64,000 nt of DNA from Alphaproteobacteria bacterium. Lineage in GTDB: Bacteria; Pseudomonadota; Alphaproteobacteria; SMXQ01. The notes under the pieces are model-generated. The model worked only from the letters and a program-made list of their open reading frames with translations. It had not been told where the DNA came from and did no database searches. The stretch spans positions 68,422 through 132,421 of the forward strand of contig JAYQQF010000009.1 in the NCBI GenBank assembly GCA_038145705.1. The letters are read 5' to 3'. Position numbers and translations under genes: made by a program. Below are positions 28,240-36,353 of the stretch, piece after piece; the stretch's first letter is position 1; the number at the start of each line of letters is the position of its first letter.

Positions 28240-28733
28240 AGGGCTGGTACGTCGTCTGTACCCATCCGAATCAGGAAAGGCGCGCCGAGGAAAACCTCCG
28301 TCGCCAGGGATTCCGCCCTTGGGTGCCGAGTTTCGCGCGCCTGCGCCGGCATGCGCGTCGCGTCGAGCGGGTGCGCGCGCCGCTTTTCCCGGGCTATCTG
28401 TTCGTCGAACTTGACCCCGTGCGCGAACCCTGGTCTGCGATCAATTCGACCTTTGGCGTGAAGCGGCTGATTTGCCGCAAGGATGTTCCGGCCAGGCTGC
28501 CCGAGGGGTTCGCCGAAGATCTGCGCGCCAGCGTCGAATCGCCCGATTTCATTGCCCCCGAAGACCGGCTCGATGCCGGAGATCGGGTACGCATTACCGA
28601 TGGCCCGTTTGCCGATGCGGTCGGCTTTATCAGCTCGATCGATCCGCAGCAGAGGGTGTCGCTGCTTTTGAGTCTGCTCGGACGCGAAGTATCCGTCGTC
28701 GTGCCGCGCGACTTGGTCGTCCTCGCTTCCTGA
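28236..28733 (+). CDS. rfaH: RfaH-like specialised NusG paralog (operon-specific transcription antiterminator)
   Basis: NGN domain (MKGWYVVCTHPNQERRAEENLRRQG...PLFPGYLFVELDP) is collinear with E. coli RfaH (MQSWYLLYC...PLFPNYLFVEFDP). It has a KOW-like C-terminus and is 165 aa. There is no secE/rplK context. It lies immediately upstream of an exact ops element. Confidence 0.7.
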   Translation: MKGWYVVCTHPNQERRAEENLRRQGFRPWVPSFARLRRHARRVERVRAPLFPGYLFVELDPVREPWSAINSTFGVKRLICRKDVPARLPEGFAEDLRASVESPDFIAPEDRLDAGDRVRITDGPFADAVGFISSIDPQQRVSLLLSLLGREVSVVVPRDLVVLAS

Positions 28734-28761
28734 GCGGGGCGTGTTTTCAGTCCTGGTCGAT

Positions 28762-28782
28762 GGGTGAAAGCCGTTTTCACCC
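28762..28782 (+). other. perfect 8-bp hairpin (GGGTGAAA-gccgt-TTTCACCC) in the operon leader, 4 nt upstream of ops
   Basis: Read directly from the sequence. No downstream U-tract, so it is not an intrinsic terminator. Confidence 0.5.
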
Positions 28783-28786
28783 AAAC

Positions 28787-28798
28787 GGCGGTAGCGTG
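28787..28798 (+). promoter_or_regulatory. ops (operon polarity suppressor) element GGCGGTAGCGTG, the RfaH recruitment/pause site
   Basis: Exact 12/12 match to the canonical E. coli ops sequence on the non-template (coding) strand. It lies 53 nt after the rfaH-like stop and 36 nt before the first biosynthetic gene. Confidence 0.75.
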
Positions 28799-28833
28799 CC
28801 GAAAGCCGGCCGCAGTCATATGGGAAGGTTCGC

Positions 28834-29772
28834 ATGAAGATTTTCGTTACCGGGGGATGCGGGTACAAGGGCACGGTGCTGGTGCCGAAGCTCCTGCGCG
28901 ACGGTCATGAGGTCGAGGTCCTCGACACCCAGTGGTTCGGCAATTTCCTTCCGAAGCATGCGGCGCTGAAGGTGCGCAAGGGCAGCGTCCTCGATATCGA
29001 GCGCATCAACCTTGAAGGCTTTGATGCCATCATCCACCTGTCGTCGGTTGCCAACGATCCTTGCGGCGATCTCGACCCGAAACTCACGTGGGAGATCAGC
29101 GCGCTCGCGACCATGCAAATCGCCGACAAGGCGGTTCGCCAAGGGGTGAAGCAGTTCATCTATGCGTCGTCGGGCAGCGTTTACGGCGTCAAGGAGGAAG
29201 AGCAGGTCACCGAGGATCTCGAACTGCTCCCCATCTCCGAATACAACAAGACCAAGATGGTGGCGGAACGGGTGCTGCTGTCCTACGAGCCGCAGATGGC
29301 CATTCAAATCGTTCGACCGGCGACGGTCTGCGGGCTGTCGCCGCGCATGCGCCTCGATGTTTCGGTCAACATGCTGACCATGCAGGCGCTCGAGCGGGGG
29401 CAAATCACCGTGTTCGGCGGTGACCAGACGCGCCCCAACATCCACATGGACGACATCACCGACGTTTACCTGCATCTCCTCGGCAACCCGGAAATCCGCG
29501 GGGTTTACAACGCCGGCTTCGAAAATCTCTCGATCATGGAAATTGCCGAGATGGTGACGTCCTTCGTTCCGGCGAAGATCGTCAAGCAGGGATCGAACGA
29601 TCCGCGCTCCTATCGCGTCAATTCGGACAAGCTTCTTGCGACCGGTTTCACGCCGCGCAAGACGGTGCGCGACGCCATCGCCGAGATCGTCGCGGCCTAC
29701 AAGGCGGGCGATCTCAAGAACGAACCGCATTTCCACAATCTGAAGTGGATGCAGGAAAAGGTTTTGGGTTAG
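28834..29772 (+). CDS. NAD-dependent epimerase/dehydratase (extended SDR) family protein
   Basis: Motifs VTGGCGYKG and the catalytic YNKTK. RBS GGGAAGG. Confidence 0.75.
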   Translation: MKIFVTGGCGYKGTVLVPKLLRDGHEVEVLDTQWFGNFLPKHAALKVRKGSVLDIERINLEGFDAIIHLSSVANDPCGDLDPKLTWEISALATMQIADKAVRQGVKQFIYASSGSVYGVKEEEQVTEDLELLPISEYNKTKMVAERVLLSYEPQMAIQIVRPATVCGLSPRMRLDVSVNMLTMQALERGQITVFGGDQTRPNIHMDDITDVYLHLLGNPEIRGVYNAGFENLSIMEIAEMVTSFVPAKIVKQGSNDPRSYRVNSDKLLATGFTPRKTVRDAIAEIVAAYKAGDLKNEPHFHNLKWMQEKVLG

Positions 29773-29786
29773 GTGGAGTTGTAAAC

Positions 29787-30791
29787 TTGACGCAAGGAGC
29801 GCCGAAGGTTCTGGTTTTGGGCAGCAACTCGTTCTCCGGGGCGAGTTTCGTTGCCCACGCGCTCGCACGCGGCGCGGACGTGATCGGCGTCAGCCGTTCC
29901 CCGGAACCCAACGCTGTCTTCCTGCCTTACCGCTGGGGCGGGGGGCTCGACCGCTTCCGTTTCCGCGCCCTCGACATCAATCGGGACCTTGATGCGATCA
30001 TTTCCCTGACGACCGCGGAAAAGCCCGATTACTTCGTAAATTTTGCCGCCCAGAGCATGGTCGGCGAAAGCTGGGACCGGCCCGAGGACTGGTTTCGTAC
30101 CAATGCGGTTTCCACCGTCATGCTGCACAACAGGCTGCGCAAGGAATGCGGCTTCCTCAGGAAGTTCGTGCATGTGACGACGCCCGAGGTCTATGGCAGT
30201 ACCCAGGGTTTCATCGACGAGACCACGCCCTTCAACCCGAGCACGCCCTACGCAGCGTCGCGCGCGGCGGGCGACATGAGCCTCAAGACTTTCGTCGAGG
30301 CCTACGGGTTCCCGGCCGTTTCCACCCGCGCCGCCAATGTTTACGGGCCGGGCCAGCAGCTTTACCGGATCATTCCGCGCACGATCCTGTTCATCCGCAT
30401 CGGCCGGAAGCTGCAGTTGCAGGGTGGCGGTCTGTCGGAGCGTTCATTCATCCATATAGACGATGTCAGCGACGCGACCTGGCGCGTCATGGAGGATGGC
30501 CCGGCCGGCGAGGTCTATCACATCTCCACCAACGAGATCGTGACCATCCGCGCGCTGGTCGAGCGCATCTGCGCGTTGATGAAGGTTTCCTTCGACGAGG
30601 TGGTCGAGGTCGTCGGCGACCGTCTGGGCAAGGATTCGGCCTACAAGCTCGACAGCACGAAAATCCGCAAATCTCTGGGTTGGACCGACCGCATCGGTCT
30701 GGACGAAGGCCTCGGGCAATGCATCGACTGGGTCGACCGCAACCTCGATGTCCTCAAGACCCAGGAAATGAATTACATCCACAAGCCGTGA
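29787..30791 (+). CDS. NAD-dependent epimerase/dehydratase (sugar-nucleotide 4,6-dehydratase-like) family protein
   Basis: Extended SDR fold (LVLGSNSFSGASF...TPYAASRAAGD). The start is uncertain: TTG at 29787 with a GGTGGAG RBS, or GTG at 29745, which overlaps the upstream gene. Confidence 0.65.
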   Translation: MTQGAPKVLVLGSNSFSGASFVAHALARGADVIGVSRSPEPNAVFLPYRWGGGLDRFRFRALDINRDLDAIISLTTAEKPDYFVNFAAQSMVGESWDRPEDWFRTNAVSTVMLHNRLRKECGFLRKFVHVTTPEVYGSTQGFIDETTPFNPSTPYAASRAAGDMSLKTFVEAYGFPAVSTRAANVYGPGQQLYRIIPRTILFIRIGRKLQLQGGGLSERSFIHIDDVSDATWRVMEDGPAGEVYHISTNEIVTIRALVERICALMKVSFDEVVEVVGDRLGKDSAYKLDSTKIRKSLGWTDRIGLDEGLGQCIDWVDRNLDVLKTQEMNYIHKP

Positions 30792-30813
30792 ACCGTTAGG
30801 GCACATAAAAACG

Positions 30814-32385
30814 ATGGCTGAACAAAAACCTTTCGATCGCCGTAGCCAGCCGCGCATGGCGCGCAACAAGATCCGCTCCATTGCGGAACTCGGCGAGATA
30901 TCTGCGCGCGCCAAGGCCGAGGGCCGCAAGGTCGTTCTCTGCCATGGCGTTTTCGACCTGTTGCACATGGGCCATGTCCGTCACCTTGAGGCCGCGCGCC
31001 GCGAAGGCCATGTCCTGTTCGTGACGCTGACCGCGGACAAGCATGTCAACAAGGGGCCCGGCCGGCCCGTCTTCACGGAACAGCTGCGCGCCGAGATGAT
31101 CGGATCGGTCGAATATGTCGATTGGGTCGGCATCAACGAAGCGCCCAGCGCGGAGCCCGTTCTTCAGGCCATCAAGCCCGATATCTACGTCAAGGGCAGC
31201 GACTACAAGAACCCGGGCGAGGACGTCACGGGCCGCATCGTTTCCGAACAGGAGGTTGTGGAGGCCCACGGCGGAAAGATCGTTTTCACCGACGACATCG
31301 TTTTTTCCTCGTCGGCGCTGATCAACCAGCATCTGGGGATTTACGAGCCGACGCTTCAGGCCTATCTCGGGCGGCTGCGCGACGAAGGCCGCCAGCAGCA
31401 GCTTCTCGATGCGATTGAGCGGCTCAGAGATCTCAAGGTCGTGGTCATCGGCGATGCCATTATCGACGAGTACCAGTACGTCCAGCCGATGGGCCGTTCG
31501 GCCAAGGAAAACATGATCGCGACCCTGTTCCAGGAACGCGAGGTCTTTGCCGGGGGCGTCTTCGCCGCGGCCAACCATGTCGCCGATTTCTGCGAGAACG
31601 TCACGGTCATCACCGGTTTCGGCGGCTACGACACCTACGAGGAAATGGCGCGCGGCAGCCTCAAGCCGAACATCTCGCTTCGGGCCGTATACCGGAAGGA
31701 AGCGCCGACCACGCGGAAGTGCCGCTTCATCGACCATGGCTATTCGATGCGCAAGATGTTCGAGGTCTACTTCATGGACGACAGGCCGTTGTCTGAAGAA
31801 AGCAGGCTGTCTCTAAACCGAGAGATTGAAAAAGCAATCACGGACGCCGATGTAGTCATTGTCACCGATTTCGGTCATGGCCTGCTTAGTGGCGACAGCA
31901 TCGCGCTTCTGGAGCAGAAATCGAAATTCCTCGCGGTGAATTCGCAGTCGAACGCCGGCAATCACGGCTACAACCTGGTCAGCAAATACAGGCGGGCGGA
32001 TTACGTGTGCGTCGACGGAACCGAGGCGCGGCTGGCGGTCCATGACAAATTTTCCGACATGGAAGATGTCGTAACAAAGCTTTTGCCCGGCCTGATTGAC
32101 TGCAACAACATCGTCGTCACGTTGGGCAAAAACGGCTGCTTCGCGTTCGACCGCAAGGCCGGCCTTTGCAAGGTTCCGGCCTTGACCAGTTCCATTGTCG
32201 ATACGGTCGGCGCGGGCGATGCGTTTTTCGCGCTCAGCGCGCCGATGGTAGCCGTCGGCCTGCCGATGGAACTGGTCGGCTTCTTCGGCAATGCGGCGGG
32301 CGCCATGAAGGTCGGCATCGTCGGCCACCGTTCCTCGGTCGAGAAAGTCCCGATGATCAAGTTCCTGACGGCGCTGCTGAAATAG
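30814..32385 (+). CDS. bifunctional heptose-1-phosphate nucleotidyltransferase / heptose-7-phosphate kinase-like protein (HldE-like, domains in reversed order)
   Basis: The N-terminus is an HxGH cytidylyltransferase-like domain (LCHGVFDLLHMGHVRHL...VTLTADKHVNKGPGRPV), as in HldE domain II. The C-terminus is a PfkB/ribokinase-family kinase (DTVGAGDAFF), as in HldE domain I. Confidence 0.65.
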   Translation: MAEQKPFDRRSQPRMARNKIRSIAELGEISARAKAEGRKVVLCHGVFDLLHMGHVRHLEAARREGHVLFVTLTADKHVNKGPGRPVFTEQLRAEMIGSVEYVDWVGINEAPSAEPVLQAIKPDIYVKGSDYKNPGEDVTGRIVSEQEVVEAHGGKIVFTDDIVFSSSALINQHLGIYEPTLQAYLGRLRDEGRQQQLLDAIERLRDLKVVVIGDAIIDEYQYVQPMGRSAKENMIATLFQEREVFAGGVFAAANHVADFCENVTVITGFGGYDTYEEMARGSLKPNISLRAVYRKEAPTTRKCRFIDHGYSMRKMFEVYFMDDRPLSEESRLSLNREIEKAITDADVVIVTDFGHGLLSGDSIALLEQKSKFLAVNSQSNAGNHGYNLVSKYRRADYVCVDGTEARLAVHDKFSDMEDVVTKLLPGLIDCNNIVVTLGKNGCFAFDRKAGLCKVPALTSSIVDTVGAGDAFFALSAPMVAVGLPMELVGFFGNAAGAMKVGIVGHRSSVEKVPMIKFLTALLK

Positions 32386-33357
32386 ATGATGGACGCAACC
32401 ACCCGCAAGGCGCTTTACCGTGCCATGAGCCGCATCCGCACCGTCGAGGAACGGATCGCGGACCTGTATCCCGAGCAGGAGATGCGCTGTCCGGTGCATC
32501 TGTGCATCGGGCAGGAGGCGGCGGAGGCCGGAACCGGTCTGGCGCTCGATCGGCGCGACTATGCGCTGTCGGGGCACCGGTCCCATGGCCATTACCTTGC
32601 CAAGGGCGGCGATCTCAAGGGCATGATGGCTGAAATCTACGGCAAGGCCACGGGATGCGCGGGCGGCAAGGGCGGCTCCATGCACCTTGTCGATCTCGAT
32701 GCCGGGTTCCTCGGCGCCGTGCCCATCGTCGGCAGCACCATTCCCATCGCCGTCGGCACCGCCTTCAGTTCGAAAATGAAGGGCGAGGACCGGGTGACCA
32801 TGGTCTTCTTCGGCGACGGCGCGACGGAGGCGGGCGTGTTTCACGAAAGCCTCAACTTCGCCGCCCTGCATGCTCTGCCCATCGTCTTCGTCTGCGAAAA
32901 CAACCTCTATTCCGTGTATTCGCCGATGGGCGTGCGCCAGCCTGACGGGCGTTCCATCGCCGGGATTGCCGCGGCCCATGGTGTCGCGACCCAAACGGGC
33001 GACGGCAATGATGCCGAGGCGGTCTTCACGCTCGCCAGCAAAGCAGTGGATGCTGCCCGGCGCGGACAGGGGCCGGTTTTCATCGAGCTTTCCACCTATC
33101 GCTGGCGCGAGCATTGCGGACCCAATTTCGACAATCACATCGGCTATCGCACCGAGGCCGAGTACGAGGAATGGCGGCAGCGAGATCCGCTGGCGCTCTA
33201 CCGCGCCCGGCTGATTGCCGACGGCGCCGCCACGGGCGCGGAACTCGCCGCCATCGATGCGGAACTCGCCGCCGAAATGGAGGACGCCGTAACGTTCGCG
33301 AAGTCCTCCCCGTTCCCGCCGCGCGAGAGCGCCGGCCAGCACATCTACGCTGAGTGA
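32386..33357 (+). CDS. thiamine-diphosphate-dependent dehydrogenase E1 component, alpha subunit (PDH/acetoin-DH E1-alpha-like)
   Basis: ThDP-binding motif GDGATEAG...NN and E1-alpha-like length and pattern. Confidence 0.8.
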   Translation: MMDATTRKALYRAMSRIRTVEERIADLYPEQEMRCPVHLCIGQEAAEAGTGLALDRRDYALSGHRSHGHYLAKGGDLKGMMAEIYGKATGCAGGKGGSMHLVDLDAGFLGAVPIVGSTIPIAVGTAFSSKMKGEDRVTMVFFGDGATEAGVFHESLNFAALHALPIVFVCENNLYSVYSPMGVRQPDGRSIAGIAAAHGVATQTGDGNDAEAVFTLASKAVDAARRGQGPVFIELSTYRWREHCGPNFDNHIGYRTEAEYEEWRQRDPLALYRARLIADGAATGAELAAIDAELAAEMEDAVTFAKSSPFPPRESAGQHIYAE

Positions 33358-33367
33358 GGGCCGCGCC

Positions 33368-34426
33368 GTGACCAGACAGATCAAGTTTTTCGAAGCGCTG
33401 CGCGAAGGCCTTGACCAGTGCATGGGGGCCGATGCCTCCGTCTACGTGATGGGCCTCGGCGTGCCCGATCCGGGCGGAATCTTCGGTTCGACCAAGGGGC
33501 TTGTGGAAAAATACGGGGCATCCCGGGTGCTCGACATGCCGCTCGCCGAAAACACCATGACAGGCGTTGCCATCGGTTCGGCGCTGACGGGACTGCGGCC
33601 GGTGCTGACCCACCAGCGCGTCGATTTTGCCATCCTGTCGATGGAGCAGCTCGTCAACCAGGCGGCCAAGTGGCACTACATGTTCGACGGGCGCATGCGC
33701 GTGCCGCTGGTCGTGCGCATGATCATCGGGCGCGGCTGGGGGCAGGGCCCGCAGCATTCCCAGAGCCTGCAGGCGATGTTCGCCCAGGTGCCGGGCCTCA
33801 AGGTGGTAATGCCGACCACGGCGTATGACGCCAAGGGTCTGCTGATCGCCGCCATCGAGGACGATAACCCGGTGGTCATGCTCGAGCACCGCTGGCTTTA
33901 CGGCATCGCCGACGATGTCCCCGAAGAGGCCTATCGGGTTCCGCTCGGCAAGGCCAAGATCATGCGCGAGGGCGGCGACGTCACCATCGTCGGGCTGTCC
34001 TACATGAGCCTGGAAAGCCTGCGCGCGGCAGATATTCTGAAGGGCTACGGCATTTCCGCCGAGGTCATCGACCTTCGTTCGCTGCGTCCCCTCGATGAAG
34101 CGACGATCCTGGCGTCGTTGCGCAAGACGGGCCGTCTTGTCGTCACCGATACGGCGCACGGGCCTTTCGGGGCGACGTCGGAGATCATGGCGCTCGCGGC
34201 GGAAAAGGCATTCGGCGCCCTCAAGGCGGCGCCGTCGCGGGTCTGCCTGCCCGATCATCCAGCACCGACCAGTCCGGCGCTTGCCGACGATTTCTATCCG
34301 CGCGCCGGCCACATCGCCGCCGCGGTGCTGCGCCAGTTGGGCCGCGAACCGGATGCCGCGCTGTTTGCGCCGCCCGCGGGCCGCCGCCTCGACCAGCCCG
34401 ATTCATCGTTTCAGGGGCCATTCTGA
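33368..34426 (+). CDS. E1 component beta subunit (transketolase-like pyrimidine-binding domain plus C-terminal domain)
   Basis: E1-beta pattern (MPLAENTMTGVAIG...RVPLVVR...VVMLEH...VTIVGLS). GTG start. Confidence 0.8.
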   Translation: MTRQIKFFEALREGLDQCMGADASVYVMGLGVPDPGGIFGSTKGLVEKYGASRVLDMPLAENTMTGVAIGSALTGLRPVLTHQRVDFAILSMEQLVNQAAKWHYMFDGRMRVPLVVRMIIGRGWGQGPQHSQSLQAMFAQVPGLKVVMPTTAYDAKGLLIAAIEDDNPVVMLEHRWLYGIADDVPEEAYRVPLGKAKIMREGGDVTIVGLSYMSLESLRAADILKGYGISAEVIDLRSLRPLDEATILASLRKTGRLVVTDTAHGPFGATSEIMALAAEKAFGALKAAPSRVCLPDHPAPTSPALADDFYPRAGHIAAAVLRQLGREPDAALFAPPAGRRLDQPDSSFQGPF

Positions 34427-35619
34427 TGAGTGAATTGCTTTCCAGCCTGTCGACGTCGCTCGGTACCGCTTGCGCAGTCTGTGGTGGGCCCACGGAGTCG
34501 ACCCTTGAACTGCCCGGGTTGCCTCTGACCGATACCTTCACGCGGACGCCGGTCGACAATCCCGTGAGCGGCATCGACCAGACGTTCAGGTTCTGCGAGG
34601 CCTGCGGGCACGGCCAGTTGGGGCATCAGGTCGCGCCCGAGGTGCTTTACGGCAGCAATTACTGTTTCCGCACATCGGCAAGCCCGACGGCGCGAAAGGG
34701 TACCGATTTCTTCATGTCGCTGCTGGACGAGGTAGCGGCAGGACGCCAGTTTCGCTCGGCCATCGATCTTGGCTGCAACGATCTTTTCCTTCTTGATCGT
34801 GTCGGCGACCGTGCCGCATTGCGCACAGGCGTCGATCCGATCTGGAAGGGGCGCGAGCATGAAATGGATGGCCAGCCCATCCGCGTGATCGGCGCCCCCA
34901 TCGAGGACGTGGATCTTTCCGTGCTGGACCAGAAGCCGGACCTCGTGATGTGCCGCCACACGCTCGAACACATCGCGCGTCCGCGCGATGTCGTTGCGGG
35001 ACTGCTGGCGGGCGCGGCTGACGATGCCATTTTCGTTTTCGAGGTTCCGGGCATCGAGGCTCTGGTCAACCGCTGTCGTTTCGACCAGGTGTTTCACCAG
35101 CATCTCCAGTATTTTTCGATGCGGTCGTTTCTGAAAATGCTGGAAGGCCTTGGCGCCAGGGCCATCGCGGTGAAGTCGCACTATCACGACTGGGGCGCCT
35201 TCGCGGTCGCGTTCGCCAAGGGTGGCGATGGTGGCGCGGCGCCCCTGCTGGATGCCCCGGACGGGGAGAAGATGTCTTCTCGGCTGAAGGTTTTCCGCTC
35301 GCAGATGGCTGCGAACGCGGAATTGATACGATTGATCGATGGACCGGCCTTCGGTTACGGCGCCGCGCAGATGTTGCCGGTGCTCGCCTATCACATGGGC
35401 ACGGATCTCGGGTTTCTCGACGCGGTGATCGATGACGATCCGGAAAAGGAAGGCGTATTCTACTGGAACCTGCCGGTCAGCATCCGGCCGCTCGCAGCGG
35501 TGGGAAGCCTCGATGCCGCGACGGTCCTGATTACGGCGGTCGACAGCGCGCAGCCCATTTTGCGCCGTCTTCTCGAAAGGCGGCCCCGTCACATCATTCA
35601 TCCCTTCAACATGATTTAA
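34426..35619 (+). CDS. C-methyltransferase-family protein (N-terminal zinc ribbon, SAM methyltransferase, C-terminal C-MT domain; TylC3/NDP-hexose C-methyltransferase-like)
   Basis: CAVCG...CEACGHG zinc-binding pairs, a methyltransferase core (IDLGCNDLF) and a long C-terminal domain, as in sugar C-methyltransferases. Confidence 0.6.
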   Translation: MSELLSSLSTSLGTACAVCGGPTESTLELPGLPLTDTFTRTPVDNPVSGIDQTFRFCEACGHGQLGHQVAPEVLYGSNYCFRTSASPTARKGTDFFMSLLDEVAAGRQFRSAIDLGCNDLFLLDRVGDRAALRTGVDPIWKGREHEMDGQPIRVIGAPIEDVDLSVLDQKPDLVMCRHTLEHIARPRDVVAGLLAGAADDAIFVFEVPGIEALVNRCRFDQVFHQHLQYFSMRSFLKMLEGLGARAIAVKSHYHDWGAFAVAFAKGGDGGAAPLLDAPDGEKMSSRLKVFRSQMAANAELIRLIDGPAFGYGAAQMLPVLAYHMGTDLGFLDAVIDDDPEKEGVFYWNLPVSIRPLAAVGSLDAATVLITAVDSAQPILRRLLERRPRHIIHPFNMI

Positions 35620-35640
35620 ATCGGAAGCAGGTCGCAACAG

Positions 35641-36330
35641 ATGTCAGACGGCAAAGCCAGGGAATTCCAGAACCAGAGCCAGATCGACGACTATGGGAGC
35701 CGTGGCGGCGTATCCTTCGGGCCGTGGACGAGCCACATCTGGCGCACCGACCCACGCCACCTCGCCTTTCTGATGTCGCGCTACAAGTTCATTTCGAAGA
35801 TGCTGGCCGGACGCGAAAAGGCCTTCGAGGTCGGCTGCGGCGATGCGGCGGGCACACCGGTCGTGCTGCAAACCGTGAAGCGCGTCTTCGCCATCGATTT
35901 CGAGCCGCTGGTTCTCGAGGATGCGCGCAGGCGCTATGCCGCGGAAGGAGACGACCGGGTGCGTTTCGCCGTTCACGATATCTGCAGCGCGCCGGTGGAT
36001 GAAAAAGGTTTCAACGGCGCCTATTGCCTGGACGTGATCGAGCACGTCCCCGCCGAGCGCGAAGCCCTTTTCATGCGCAACATCGTCGCATCCCTCGATC
36101 GCCACGGCGTGTTCATCATCGGCACGCCCAATGTGACGGCCCAGCAGTATTCCAGCCCGGCGAGCATGGAAGGGCATATCAACCTCAAGAGTGCCAAGAC
36201 GCTGCATGAACTGATGGCCGTTCATTTTCACAATGTTTTCGACTTTTCGATGAATGACGAAGTCGTGCACACGGGGTACTCGCCGATGGCGCATTACCTG
36301 TTCTGCATGGGCGTCGGGGTCAAGTCGTAG
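35641..36330 (+). CDS. class I SAM-dependent methyltransferase
   Basis: Motifs FEVGCGDAAG and CLDVIEHV. Confidence 0.65.
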   Translation: MSDGKAREFQNQSQIDDYGSRGGVSFGPWTSHIWRTDPRHLAFLMSRYKFISKMLAGREKAFEVGCGDAAGTPVVLQTVKRVFAIDFEPLVLEDARRRYAAEGDDRVRFAVHDICSAPVDEKGFNGAYCLDVIEHVPAEREALFMRNIVASLDRHGVFIIGTPNVTAQQYSSPASMEGHINLKSAKTLHELMAVHFHNVFDFSMNDEVVHTGYSPMAHYLFCMGVGVKS

Positions 36331-36353
36331 GAACTGGCGCGGGGTATCGAATC

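Noticed and set aside
28236-28733. Housekeeping NusG
   Set aside because: It has no secE/rplK neighbourhood, is a small 165-aa protein with the RfaH-like PLFPGYLFVELDP block, and lies next to an ops element. A specialised paralog is the better call, though only a genome-wide search can confirm a second nusG.
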